From positions 124,001-188,000 of the forward strand of contig JAQGDQ010000063.1 of the NCBI GenBank assembly GCA_030141605.1: DNA of 64,000 nt, written 5' to 3'. Positions within the stretch are counted from its first letter, which is position 1. Each line of letters starts with the position of its first letter. Of this stretch, positions 1 to 13,410 are shown piece by piece. The stretch is from Tubiluchus corallicola. Lineage: Eukaryota; Animalia; Priapulida. The notes under the pieces are model-generated. The model was given only the letters and a program-made list of their open reading frames with translations. It was not told the DNA's origin and searched no databases. A program made the translations under genes and the position numbers.

Positions 1-729
1 TCTGGTCAGAATGCTGAAATTATTAAAATCAGCTTTGTAGCCAAAGGCACAAATATGGTCCTTAATGCTGGATTAAGGAAATTTTTTTAATTTCTTACCA
101 GTTCTAGACGAAATACCCAAATGTTCACAAATTCTTACTTTAAGGTGTCTGGATGTTTTGCCAGCATAAGCAGCATTGAAGCTGCGGCATTGAAATCTAT
201 AAACAATACCAGACTACAACAGAAGAATGTGGGTATTTTGTCTTTAAATGGGAAGAAAGAGCCTAAATTATTGCCAGATTTTAACACAATGCGTAGCCGA
301 ATATGAGGGTACAGTTGTTTCACAATATGACAGATGGTGCCTCAGTCTATTAAAAAAGAGATTAGTCCTAAATCATGTTACCACTGATGATGACAGCAGT
401 AGCTCTGTCGAAACGTTTGACATGACTTTTTAACTATGTGAATTAAAAGTTTTAATAAAGTTGCGGTGTTTTGACTATAAATGATTTTATAATACATCCA
501 ATAATGTATACACATCGTTACAAGAAACACACTTCAAAGTACTCTGTATTATCATAAATGAGATTGTGCCTTCCAATAGATAGTGCAACCTGTATAATAT
601 TTTAAACTTTTGTGGGATTTCAATTAAAAATTAAAAGTACGAACCTTCTCTAGGACAATTCGTTGTTGTTAAAAGTGTATAATTTTTGCAAGAAATTGTT
701 ATTGCACACTATATACCAATTATACATAC

Positions 730-850
730 TCTTTTTCTTAGGTGGTGTAGCCACCTTTTTCCTTGGAGATTTTGCACTGGATTTTTTTGCAGGCGGCGAC
801 TTTTTCACTGGCTTCTTTGTTCCACTTTTACTCTTTTTCTGCTTTTTTTC
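730..850 (-). CDS. DEK: DEK exon 9 (Lys-rich, EKKQKKSK...TPPKKK)
   Basis: tttcag acceptor phase 0, GTATGT donor. Confidence 0.82.
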
Positions 851-3800
851 CTGAAACACCATCTTTCCATTTAAGAACATTTAAGAAATTCTGATAATAC
901 AAATAAGCAAATGAAGATTAATAAGAAAATTATACTTTGTGTGACACAGTTTCAATGTAGCAAATCATCAATGGCTTAGTTGGCAGATCACATGCATTGT
1001 AAGTAGAAGACCCCAGGTGTAACTACACAACATAAATTGTTTAACTTTTCTCCACTTACTGTTCAAAATGAAGGCTTATTTTCTGCCCTTATTAACAGAA
1101 TTTTAACAAATGGCACTCTACACAAAATCTGAGCGACTGTGTGTACTCGATTACTCACGTTTGCCTTACTCAAGCTGTTAAGCCCTGAAATAATTCTTGT
1201 GGTTATTAGAATAAGTAATTTTCATTAATTCCTAACCTCTAAGGACCAACTTATTTTTCAGATGAACTTACTAAGTCTGTTAATCTTCTGTTGCTTGTAA
1301 GAAACTTTCCCAAGGTTAGCTAATTACCCGTTACTCAAAGTAACAAAGTGTTTACCTACTTGACAACTCTTCTTGATCAATGAATAGTAAATACACTAGA
1401 CAACGCTTAATACATGCATTCTAGGATGAAAGCGTTTTGGCCCAATTAACTGACTTGAATCAATTATTGTGCAGCATATTAGTACTAAAGAAGTGCGACT
1501 CATCACTTATTACTTTAGTATGCATTGCAAAGGCTTTAAATGGATTTTAGAAACGAATTAATGTCAAAATTCCTATGTGCAATTATTTAAGAATACTAAT
1601 TTACATAAGTGAATTAAGAAAAAGAGAAAATAAAAAAATCGTACAAATCTGATCATTACCACTAAAAATTATAAATTTCTTCATGAAGAACTTGGTAAAA
1701 CGTTAAAAATATGTTGCTGTATGTGCACATGTTCACTCAAAACACCTAGTCATCTAGCACATGTTCACTCAAAACCCCTGGTCATCTAGCACATGTTCAC
1801 TCAAAACACCTAGTCATCTAGCACATGTTCACTCAAAACACCTAGTCATCTAGCACATGTTCACTCAAAACACCTAGTCATCTAGCACTTGACATATGTG
1901 AGCTGCATTTGGCAATGAGCTGATGACATTGTTTCCCATGTGAAAAGCAGCAGGACCTTCAAAGCAAATCACTGGGCAAGTGATTCAATGTTTAGCTTCC
2001 AGAAACAATGAGGTTAACTGCAGCGGACCAGAGGGTGACAGATTCAAAGCACCACAGCTACGCTAGTATATTAGTGCATGATAAACGTACCTGCTTTCAA
2101 ACAAAACTGTATTTAACATGACTGTTTCTACATATATTATGGTGCACAAAAGTCACACAAAGATGACATAAAAGCTCCTTTGGTCACACAAAAGTGTCTT
2201 ACTTTACGTACATGAAATAGATGTAAAATGGATTGAGTCAATCGTGCTGAGTTATTTGAGTCTATTATCAGTAGTTCTTATATACATTGGAATGTCAGGC
2301 GGCTGATTCTATTAAGTGTGAGTCTAATAAACGGTGCCTACTGTAGTATTATAGCAGCTGCAGGATAAAGCCACAAAACAAGATGTACATATAAACACAC
2401 AAATGAACACACATGTCTATAAATGCATGCAGATGATACACACTACACAGTATATACTGTTCTACCTCTTCTGAATCTACTTCCGAAGACTCAGATTTTT
2501 CCTCTGACTCTTCTTCATCAGCGTCCCCTTCCGACTCCTCCTCATCTTCTTTATAAGATTTCTCTTTTTTTGGTCGCTTGCTTTGCCGTTCACCACTTCT
2601 CACTTCTCTTTTACGTTTTGTGCCTTTTGAGCCTGTAATAATACACATTGCGAGTTATACAAAACTTACAATGTTTTTAGTTCTAGTCACAAAGTGAAAT
2701 ACTTTCCAGTTATATTAACTTGATAACTTGATGAGTAGTTAGGATGAAAGAACGTGAGCAATAAGCCTTTTCAAAGTTCCAGCGATTGATGATCATCGTG
2801 AAAAGGTCAAAAGTGAAGTAATCAGGATAACTCCTTGCAGCTCATGCTATTGTAATAGTAACAGTTCTAACAGCCAGCTAGAACCTTACCTAGTTCATTT
2901 TTTCTTGTTCCCAAGCAAGGTCCTGCTAGTAAATCACTATATGCACAGACTAACGCATAATTAAGAAAAGTCCAGGTAAAACAACTGAAGTTACTGAACT
3001 GATGCGGCATATGGCTTTGCTTTACATATATGCTACATGACGGTTACAGTTAAGACACATTGCTGTGGTACACTTCACCTTTGACCTGCACCAACTGTGC
3101 ATGCTCACAACGAAACTGTGAAAATTCTCATTTTGTAATTACAGCAATGAAGGTAAGCCACGCAAATGAACAATGTTAGTTCACATAGTCGCTGAGCACT
3201 TGTTGTGTGTGTGTGCTCGTCACCTGTAGTATTACGTGAGGAAGGTTTCACTGTGCCATTGTTGCGATCTAAGGGCAATCCAAACATAACGATATCAAGT
3301 TTTCGGCCGATTTTGAGGATCTACCTACCTTGCGTTACAATGTCATTATCATTCGCCCCACCACTTACCTACCCTTAAACTGCTATCAATATCACACTGA
3401 TGTAGCTTTTTGGACATTTTATTCTTCCTCATCCCAAGTACAGGATACAACTTCACTTCTCAATTAACGGGAAACAATCGTTGGATTCTACTGGTATTCT
3501 AAGTCAGATAATGATATCATGACTAGATGACCTACCTAACTTGCATCACAATAGTGTTAGTACGTCTCATGCCACTTAGCTACCCTAAATTGATATTGTA
3601 ATATTTGGATGACTGTCTAACTGTACAACCAGTTATTCAATTTTGCCCTTGCTGTTAACAGTTCTTGTTCAACTTCTACATCCTTGCTCAAGTCTAACAA
3701 ATGCACATAAGCAAATTTGTTTTAGATGCAGTTTTATCTAGGGCCTGGTCAAATTTACATATGGTGTAGCGGTGCGGAATGTGGAACCGAAATTTTTTTT

Positions 3801-6800
3801 ATATAGTCACAGAATAAAAATACAGCTAACACAGCTACAAGCAGCAAATAAAGACGAGTAAATGCTTCAGCACACCTACTGCTTGGTCTTTAGTAGCATA
3901 AATTTAAATATAAAACAACATATCTACACAGGTTATCATTTATAACAAAGAATAGGTTTCACATGGATAAGATGTCAAAACTTAAATTTAAAAATAGTGT
4001 ATCATGCAGGCTAGTCACGTTCAAATTTAAACATTGTACTAAGTGAAAAGCTGCAAATATCATATATATTATATAATATCTTTTAAGTGCATATATCAAT
4101 TCATACTAATATATACATATACTAACATATTCATTTTATGAACAATACACTAAAAATAAAGCAGTCAATCACTATGAATCGTATTTAGACCAATACCATT
4201 ATAACAAATACGTTACGTTTTTTGGACTGTGGCACTGCACGCCCCGACTCCTCGGGCTCCATTAGAAATGTTAATATGCGCTTAATGAGATCATCTTTTG
4301 TGCCACTTTGAGGAATATCTAAAATCTGGCAAACCTTTTTCAATGGCCTCAGTTGTTTGAATCTAAATATATGAATTAAAATGTTGAAAATAGCTAGGCA
4401 GAGAAATACACATAGTCAATTATAACAAAAGAAATGTGTCTGCCTGTCATTACTTGTGTGCTTGCAAACGAAAACCGTCCATAAGTCGGCCTAATTAAAG
4501 CTACATTATTATGCTTCAAAGCAGAATGTACCAAAAATTTGGTCACATGCTGTTTTTTGTTTATTACAAAAACAAACGCTACGCGATGGGTATAAGGAAT
4601 AGTGTAATTGAGTCTTATTTTTGCTATCCGGGTAAACACTAATTTTACAAGACATTTACAATTCAATTTAAATAAAGCTTGCTTCTTTTCTGTCATAGAA
4701 TCTGATCCTACTCTTAAAATCAGCTAATCGTTTGCATATCTGCACATGATAAGAAAATATAAAAATTATGGTCAGTGAAGTTAATTTCTCCTACAGTATT
4801 GGACTATAGCACTATTTTTATCTATGAGAGAAGCAGAGATAGAGTGAGACACATAAACAGTCAGGTTTTTGAAAAATCAATGACAGTGCAATTAACCACG
4901 AATTACACTAGCAGATGGTGCGAAATTTACTTAAAAGCATCTAACAATGACGCAACATAGTGAACCTTGACCACGAGATAAGAATTCAAACTGGGTCTCC
5001 GATTTGTCCGCCAGTTCATTGAGAATGGCTTATAACTTATGGTGTCACAGTTTTGAGTACAGTCAAGTCCTTGTCTATCATCGCAAAAGCTTTCATTTGG
5101 ATTTTATAAACTTAATTTATTGAACAACCAAAATAGGCAGTAGTCATTCTGAATTTGAAAACAAAACAATGCAATTTGCCTTGTTTCATTTTAACTGCAC
5201 TCAAACCGACTTTGTGATAGTCACCTTCAGCATGAGATGTTATAGGACAAAACAACTTTATCAAAAAAATTAAAGATGATGCTATTTGCAGAAAGAACAT
5301 CAAAAACAAGTGCTTTTAACAATTTTTTCTTTCCTAATTTTTTGATAGTGACAGGTCGGATGATTGGTACAGGAAAAGTTTCGGAATGTAAAATTTAGGG
5401 AAAATCAAAACTAAATCAAATGTCATGGATGAAACGAAAATTATTCTTTTCGCCACAAGAAATACAATATAAATCACATTTACCTGTGTAAAGTTAAGAC
5501 TTACTTGTTCAAACTATCTTGTTTTTTCTCATATTCAGCACTATCTTTTGAAAATGTGAATCCACAAAACTTCCGTATATTTCGACGCACTTCAGTTACC
5601 TACAATTTAACAAGCAAAGTCTTAAATTACACGAAGACTAAAAAACTACAAAAATTATAAAAAGGTTTTCTCTGAGCTGAAACTTACCGATCCTGGTCGA
5701 TTATAGAGCAATTTGTGTAAAATTTTGATATCCTCAACTTTAGCTCGTCGTAAGAAAAAATCGACTGTAAAAACACAAAACAAGCATACATTAGTAAAAA
5801 AAACCTTGGCTATATCTATATTTTACCATTACAAATAGGCACATGCTGTATAATGTAAACATGTTAACATCTAGCTTAAAGAGATTAACATGGCTGCAAA
5901 CTTTTTTTGATACAGGACTTTAAATAAGACAGGTTTCAGAAAAAAATGTCATACATTATGCTTATTTTATTAAAGCACAAGAATATCCTCCACTTACATA
6001 AAGCTTAAAAAATTTGTCTTGAAATTTTATACCATTTACATGCCGCCTTTTTGCATACAGGGCTTGTGTCAGCAGTAGTGAGTATAAAACATGTAAATTT
6101 AAACTCCCGCGAAGACCATTAGATACAGCCAGTTTGACGATAAGTCATTTGAAACAAGTTTAGATAACACTGAGTAATTTGAAAAAATAATCAGAGCATT
6201 CGTAACACACACATCAATGATTATTTTAAATTACTTTCAATAAGATTAAAAATGCGTTTTTTGGTTAGTGAGTGGTGCACCTTGGAGGTGAGTCAATGAC
6301 ATTTTACTAATCGGTGAAAACATTTTAAATAATTAATAATTTTCCTTTCTAGTTACATAAGTCTTTCAAGCAGTTAAGTGAAATGCTAAGAAATTCGATT
6401 TTGCGTGGGAAGTTTAAGTTGGGACATAGTTTAACATTTCCTTTTCTTCCCCTGATTTACATTTGTGCATATATGACGTCATGTAATGGCGCGGTCAGAA
6501 TAGCATTGTGGGAAATTTAAAGTGAAAACGAACAAAAAATCCTTTCAACGCAAGTACGATATCCGCATAAAATTGCTGTAAAGTAATATAATTTTTTTTT
6601 AAGGTGATTTTTCCTACTTCGGATTCCCTTTTTCTTGTCCTTTAACTATGTTAAGGTGTTACTGGTAGGCAGGCAACAACTATGAAGTTACAAACACTGT
6701 AAGATAATATATTTTAATGGTTAATTATTTGAAGAATAAATAACAATTCAGCATACACAGTAAAATGCATAGAAAAATGAAATATTTCTTAGCACAGTTT

Positions 6801-9800
6801 GTAAATGAAAGCAAATCAAAGTAAAAATCCATCTAATGTAGATTTACTTCTAGGACAATCTCCTAGTTTCATTCCATGTCCTTCTGGAATGTCAACAGAC
6901 TTGTCGTGCACTGTCGGAGATGCCATTGTCAGGCGTTCAACCTTTTTTCGCACACGTTTTCCTTCCCTTTCAGCAGGCTCATCAAACAAACCAACTACAA
7001 AGTAAAAAACATGAAGAGGTGGCTGCATTAAAACAGTAATCAGCTCATAGGCTGTGCTGATTGGTAGTGACTGATGAGCTCTATCTCATCATTATGTGTT
7101 AGTTAACAAAAAGTTTTTTGTTTAATGACCAGGTTACAACAGGGAATATCCAAGTTTATTATAAAAAATATAAACATGGAAATGGATCTTTTCACAGAAA
7201 ACTTCTACAGAAAAAAATTTCAGAACATGAGCTTAGCACAATATTAGAATTATTGTTAGAGTCCTATAAGTCTCTATACACACTGTTATTGTGTTAAGTA
7301 TATAACTAACATCTGTCTGTGAATACTCTGGTTGAGTGTTCGTTTACACAGTGAGCCTTAACTTGTAATTATCGTATTCGAATGGCTGTTTTTAAAACTG
7401 GAATAAAATTATGCTGTATCTCAGTTACTTTTGTTTGTGGTTATAACTTATAAACTAACTGTGACTAGAACGTCCAAAACAGAAAAACAACAAATACAAA
7501 CTCAGCAAGTCTAAGTAGTGTACAAGGGCACTAACTTTTACCTTTTGTTTTAGTGTCACCTTGTCCCTTCTCCTCTTCTTTGACCTCCTCTTCCTCATCT
7601 TCATCGTCTGAGATTTTCTTTCTACCAGATTTACTAGAAATCTTCTTTAGGGATTTTTCTGTTTTATCTGAATTTCTATTCTCACCACCAGAAACCTTTG
7701 CCTTTTTATTTCTCACCACTTTTGTTTTAAATGAATTTTCTTCTCCAATTGCTTCTTTTGAATCGCTTGCTTTTTTCTTTGGAGTTTTCTTCTTCGGCGG
7801 TGTAGGCTCTGCATCAGAAGAGACCTGAAATTTTTAGGTATTTTTAAAACAAAACTCAAAATCAAATAAACAAAATTTTCATTTACACAGCAATGCACTA
7901 AATATATGAACAAAAAACATGCAACAAGCGGTCAAGCACCCCTTGGCTATATGTGGAGCATACTGTACATTAGCAACTTCAAAGGAGAATTTTATAGATT
8001 TTATGCAGTAGGTTACAGGTCTAAGCATTTACAAATCCTGAAAGCCTACAGGTCTAAACATTTATATTTATTTATAAATACGCAGACCCACAAGCTTAAT
8101 GGTTTATACATCGAGAAATCTAAATAAGACAAAAAACTGCATAGTTTCTATAAAAATACAGAACTCTCTTATGTTCTCGCGGAGCAAATGATTGTATGTA
8201 GGTAAAAGCCTAATGTGCTTTAACAAAATCCCGCACATATAACAAAACTATATATTTCCATTGTCAGTAGCAGCCATGCTTAAAGGCGTGGTTTTTTGTA
8301 TCATGATCATGATTACACAAAGAATTCATAGTTATTATTAAACAAAAGACTCATAATTTTTCTGGCGAATTTCAAATGCAAGCATTGCTGTAAAGATCTT
8401 TGGCGCGAGTATGACGTACGAGGAACAGCAAGCGTCTTTGGTGACCTCATGACTGTACAGATAACGTCATTTGTCTCACACAACGAAAAATGGCGGTTCT
8501 TCAAATTTAATACCGCTAATAACAAAGTAATAAGAAATCAAAAGAAACGAGTTTTACAGTAAGTTTATAATAAAACAAATTGAATATTCATAATGAGAGT
8601 AGGATTTTAAGTTGTAAGCTTATATTACGATGAGCGTTTAGTTTGACTTTAAAGCTTACAGGACTATCTTCTTTTTTTGACACTTCATCTCCAGAGTCAC
8701 TAATTTTATCAGCTTCTTCATCTTTGTCGACCTCCTCATCATCCTGGTCTTCCTGCTTTTCAGCTTCTTCGGGATCACTGCCCTTAAAAGATGAAAAAAC
8801 TTTGCAATTTATGACTAACCGTTTTTTGGAATACCTTGCAAACCTTTCATAACTTTGCATGTATGCAAACACTAAATCAATAAGGCTTCCTTGTAATATC
8901 TGATACCTGCAATATTAAAATTCCTGTGAATCAAATTGTTAGCTTATTGAACTTGGATACTTGCTAGTTGCTACCTTATATTTTTTCTTGATGAACTACT
9001 GTAAATCAAAGTTAAGCTTAAACCACGACACCATACACAATCATAATCACGGGCTGATGTGATCACGAAAAAACTGAGGTGGTTGTTTGCCATTTACTAA
9101 GCTATGCTATCATACAAACTACCCAAACCAGAGAAGAGAGAATAACTTGGAGAATTTTTTTATAGTGCGAAGGAAGCTACGGTTTTAAAAAAAAACTTCA
9201 GAGCAAGATTTTACCAAAGAAACAACATAAACCTGATGAGTGTTCTGTTGGTCCAAGTGAGCGAGGTGTTGCTTAGTAAGGTATAAACGATGTGTATTGC
9301 CTTGACAAGCTCATAATCAAACAACCCTGTTTGCTTTAATTTTGCTGGTCATTCAAATGCTGCTGCAGCATTTGACACCATCAAGGCTTTACTAACTTGA
9401 AAATAAGATAGTGCTCTTCTGAGACTTGCCATGGTCATAATCGTAAGGGAAGTCAAAATACCCAAAAATATCAAAAATTCTTTATTGTTTCAGCAGCTTT
9501 CGTCCCTCGGACTTCATCAGCTGCTCCAGGCACAATCAATCGAAATACCAAAGCGTAATTTGAATAAAACCAAGTCTAGTTTTACAATTTTATTAATTTA
9601 TGAAATGGAGGCAGACAACAATAAATATGTCAGTTTTTTGAAACTTACCAACTTTAACCATAAACACTGTTCTGCTTTTTTGGTTAGCATTTTTTGCTAG
9701 CTACTTCAATCAAGCTTACATCAGAGCAAAAATAAGCAAACAAGTAAAAACAAAGCATTTTATTTATTTCAAAATTTTTTCAGTTTTATGAGTTTTGATA

Positions 9801-11505
9801 GCAGTTGGTTTTGCAAAGGTGATTTCGGTTCTGTTTCGTTTTGGTATATTTTTTCTATGCTTCATAAATTTAGGTTTCGGTTTGTAGTTTTAGTTTCGCT
9901 AACATCCCTGGTTCAAGCTTCTAATCCTAATCAGTTCATCTTGATAAACACTGGAAATATATTGATTCTGGGTCTCCACAATGGCAACAAGAAGTCTTCA
10001 TGAAGAATTCATGATTGCAGTGTAACCACATGTCTTTATTTAAATAAAGTATACAAGGAAAAGTGGAGAGGTTCATAAGCTATTATATTTAACCTACGTC
10101 TTTCAGGGGGAAAGGTAATGATTTCTAAAAAAAGAACATGAAAAGCACTATGAGGCAAAGGGTAAAGCTAAACTAAGTTGGGAATATTAAAATCACCACA
10201 TATCACAGTATAGTACTTATTACATAATTCACTTGCAATTCCAATTTCACAAAGAACGTCAGTATCAACAGCAGCAAATGAACCAATATAATCAGTGTTA
10301 CATGAACGATATGTAGGGAGCCGAGTAAGCCACTAGCCGAAGTAGGACACTTCCGGTAAAACGCCTGTGCTTAATTTGCAGAAAAGCAGTGTCCTACATG
10401 GGTAGCCAAAGTAGGACACTGGCGATTGCTGTCGAGAATTATAACATAATGAAACGTAAAACTAAATTCGTTTTACAAAAAAGTAACTTTATAATAATGA
10501 TGGATACGCCTTGACAATTTACATTTTTACAATAACAGCATCATTATTATTAGCTCCATTAATATCATCATAACATTCAAGTAAGTATCTAATGCTTTAA
10601 AGAGAGGAACTATGTGGGGCACATAGCTCACTAGCCCATTTACTTAGCAGAAAACAATTATTTGTCCAAGAGGTAGTGAGACAGATCACTTGTCTGTGAA
10701 TGGAGACAAAATAAAAATGATATACCTTAAGCAAATGTTGGAATCCCCTAAGAAGTGGGCTTATTTCACTTCAAAAAGATTAATATCGAAGCCAAATTGA
10801 ATATTGGAAATTTTACTAACGCAAAATAAGATTCTTTTATTTTACCAAATATATAATAAATTATTCAACGTTTTTGACGTTTTCAGTCAACGGGTGCTGC
10901 CAGTACGGTTAACGACTCAATTTGTGACCTGCCTCTAGTGTCTTACTTGGGCAGCCCATGTACGACGTGTCCTACTTGGCCTAGCCCATGTACGTAAATT
11001 GTCCTACTTCGGCCAATGGTTTACTCGGCGCCCAACACGATAAACAAATTAAATTTTTATGCGGACATGACAAAAGTTGAACACTGATTTCAGCAGTAAC
11101 ATTTATATCAACTTTTATTAAGTAAAGTAGCATTTAAGGTAGCTTTATACATAACGGCTAAGCCAACTCGATTAACAAAGGGAAATCTGCTTTAGCTATC
11201 GCACCTGTCACTTGGCACTAGGACAAATGAAACTATCACTATCAGTAACTTTATCATCATCCCACGTTTCAGTTATTAAAGGTCATCTATCAGAAACTAT
11301 CCTTTTCGCGAAAAGCCGCCACCAAGTAACAATGGCCTCACACGCTAGGTACTACCATCCAAGTATTAAAGTAATGATACCCTACATCATATGCATGCCT
11401 TATAATTATAATGCTGCACAAATTGCATCAGTTTCGCATACCTACCCTGCCAGGTCCATGCTCAGATTCGGAATCGGACATTTCTTCATTTTTTTCGTCA
11501 GCCAT
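730..11505 (-). CDS. DEK: DEK-family chromatin architectural protein, spliced and 3'-partial. Exons: 11505-11446, 8782-8660, 7824-7542, 6994-6848, 5764-5688, 5599-5505, 4362-4217, 2632-2466, 850-730
   Basis: GT-AG exons join in frame. The translation includes EGKRVRKKVERL, LHKLLYNRPG, IRKFCGF and LKKVCQILDIPQSGTKDDLIKRILTFLMEP (pseudo-SAP/SAP core typical of DEK), flanked by acidic and lysine-rich tracts. The DEK-C domain is not seen and is presumably beyond position 1. Confidence 0.93.
1725..1888. repeat. Minisatellite, 5 x 32 bp (gcacatgttcactcaaaacacctagtcatcta)
   Basis: Near-perfect copies start at 1725, 1757, 1789, 1821 and 1853. Confidence 0.97.
2466..2632 (-). CDS. DEK: DEK exon 8 (basic NLS-like then acidic tract)
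   Basis: ttacag acceptor, phase 1; SKGTKRKRE...EVDSEE. Confidence 0.82.
4217..4362 (-). CDS. DEK: DEK exon 7 (SAP domain)
   Basis: FKQLRPLKKVCQILDIPQSGTKDDLIKRILTFLMEPEESGRAVPQSKK. Confidence 0.93.
5505..5599 (-). CDS. DEK: DEK exon 6 (VTEVRRNIRKFCGFTFSKDSAEYEKKQDSLN)
   Basis: Matches the DEK NxxxFSGF motif; GTAAGT donor. Confidence 0.93.
5688..5764 (-). CDS. DEK: DEK exon 5 (DFFLRRAKVEDIKILHKLLYNRPGS)
   Basis: LHKLLYNRPG motif; tttacag and GTAAGT sites. Confidence 0.93.
6848..6994 (-). CDS. DEK: DEK exon 4 (GLFDEPAEREGKRVRKKVERL...KLGDCPR)
   Basis: Conserved DEK motif EGKRxxKKVERL; canonical splice sites. Confidence 0.92.
7542..7824 (-). CDS. DEK: DEK exon 3 (Lys/Glu-rich)
   Basis: tttcag acceptor; phase-1 donor after 7542 (alternative after 7536). 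Confidence 0.85.
8660..8782 (-). CDS. DEK: DEK exon 2 (acidic; GSDPEEAEKQEDQDDEE...KKEDSP)
   Basis: ttttaag acceptor, GTAAGC donor, 123 nt, phase 0/0. Confidence 0.85.
10312..11037. mobile_element. Non-autonomous TIR element (MITE) with TGT...ACA ends and 5-bp TSD, possibly Ginger-like
   Basis: About 40-bp imperfect TIR (tgtagggagccgagtaagccactagccgaagtaggaca / tgtcctacttcggccaatggtttactcggcgcccaaca); CGATA on both flanks; subterminal gtaggacac/gtgtcctac repeats. Confidence 0.85.
11446..11505 (-). CDS. DEK: DEK coding exon 1 (MADEKNEEMSDSESEHGPGR)
   Basis: ATG at 11505, donor AGG|GTAGGT, phase 0 matches the next exon. Confidence 0.8.
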
Positions 11506-11579
11506 TATGACAAATATAACCAAATATATTAACAGAGTTTCATTCTTTTCAATTAACACACATTTACAACATACAAACA

Positions 11580-11635
11580 CAGAAATGGCGGGATTTCTAC
11601 CGAGTGCCCGTTCGAAGGAATTGGCCAATCACATT
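11580..11635 (-). promoter_or_regulatory. Probable DEK core promoter/5' end with YY1-like motif and CCAAT box
   Basis: aaatggcgg (CCGCCATTT on minus) at 11583-11591 and ggccaatca at 11623-11631, about 80-125 bp upstream of the ATG. Confidence 0.5.
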
Positions 11636-13269
11636 TCGTTTAGGTTTTACGCGTTGTTTTCTCTACGACAGTTTGCTAATTCTTTCGGCTGCTGATTATC
11701 ATCATCAAAGTCTCAACTTCCTTTTTACAGACACTAACCTGGAATTTACTTAGAAAGACCTCCAATACCGTCATCACCATCGTCCCTTCAAGGTTATTCA
11801 AGCTTCTTTGCAAAAACTCACTATATAGATGCACATTACAATAAATGTGGCACGTGAACCATTACACAGATATTCCAAATTTGCATATTCCTGCTCTTTG
11901 CTGTGTGGTCCTATTTTGTTCTTAAGTTAATTTATGTTTACAACATCTATTGCAGGTTGCGATAGTCTGTTCAAATAATATATTACTCACTAGGAATAGA
12001 AGCTCTTTCATAGTCTTCAATGGTATTTAAACAATTGCCTGTTGTGTCCTTTTCTTACTGTTAGTAGTATCAACTAGTATGCATAATTGTTGCGGTACTA
12101 CTTTTTATTAGTGATTTGGAAGTTTATTCGAAAATTCTTAGAACTGAACTACATTCGATTCAAATTCGAAAATGCTGAAGTTTGGTTCAGATTTATTGGA
12201 TTCTCACCTACATTTGACATTACTTCATATGTTAAACAATGGAAGCCTAGTACTGTAAAACATATGAAGCTTTAACTTGATTTATGCATGTTAGATTTGA
12301 CAATTTGCCGCCACGGGATAATTTCAAATTTTCTAAACCTAATGTCAGTTTTGTTCGTTGTGCAGCCAAAGCTCATTGCTTCCAACTTGCATATAAAAGT
12401 GCAAGTGTCTCGAGGTCATAGTGAAGCAAACCGCAAGAAAACAAGATTCCATAATGAAAATGCAGCAAATGCAGAAGATGAAAAGAGTCATTGCAGGGAG
12501 TCTGTTTTTATGTGGTCATAGATAATGTAATTGGTGGACTCACAATTCGATTCAATGCTGCGTAGAACATTACTGAGAAATTCAACTTCCTCTGCAAGTA
12601 CCTCACAATGAGGAGATGAAAGAGAAATCTTCACAGTCACTGGTTGATCAATGTCCAGATGATATTACTGAGATGAGACATCTGCCAACAGTTCATCACG
12701 CACATTTCGGAGAGTCAGCTTAGTGCATTAGAGTTCTGCTTAATTGTTTGAGGAAATACAAACTGGAACGGAAAACCAGAAAAAACTGGGTGTCAGTGGA
12801 CCTTTAAAAATGAATTAAGACGTATTATGGTTTATTGTGAAAAGCATAACTATTTCACTTATTAAGAAATAAGGTTTATTGAACATGAATTATTTGTATT
12901 GTATTTTAAAGTCTTCATGCCCATGTACTGGTGAGGGAGGGAACCCCAAAATCTGTCTTGCTTTGGTACATAGAAATTCCCTCAGGGCCACAATTCATGT
13001 GCCTTGACACTACTATATCGAGATTTGCCACAGGATGGATGGTGGTGGTGTTTTCAACACTTTCTGTATGCCGCCGTCCTGTCACATTACCGCTAGGATT
13101 AGGGAGCATGCTGACAATGTAGTCCAGGCGCACTCACTGGAACCAGAGTTCAAGCAGCTGCTGAGCTCTCTTACAGAGCACAAGCATCTGATGACCAATG
13201 TGATAAAACAGAGGTTATGACACAGGCTTTTCCAGGATACTTTCGGAGAAAAAAACGCAAACAGCCAAA

Positions 13270-13410
13270 TGACTGAAACAAACAGACTAACAGAGAGATG
13301 GATGGGCGGGTGGATGGATGGACCAAAAGTTAGACAGACAAACAGATGGATGGGCGAGTGGACAGCCGGACCGATGGTCAGACAGACAATCAGACGAACA
13401 GACAGATAAG
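13270..13410. repeat. Degenerate GACA/GATG tetranucleotide-like tract
   Basis: cagac/gatg/ggac units repeated. Confidence 0.6.

Noticed and set aside
121-450. Possible last DEK exon
   Set aside because: Candidate acceptors tried give early stops and no DEK-C domain; the gene probably continues outside the window
968-1030. tRNA gene
   Set aside because: Only an A-box-like tggcttagttgg with a degenerate B-box; likely a SINE relic, as near 4960-5030 and 51760-51830
1725-1888. 32-bp repeats as a CRISPR array
   Set aside because: Contiguous units with no spacers, in a eukaryotic intron
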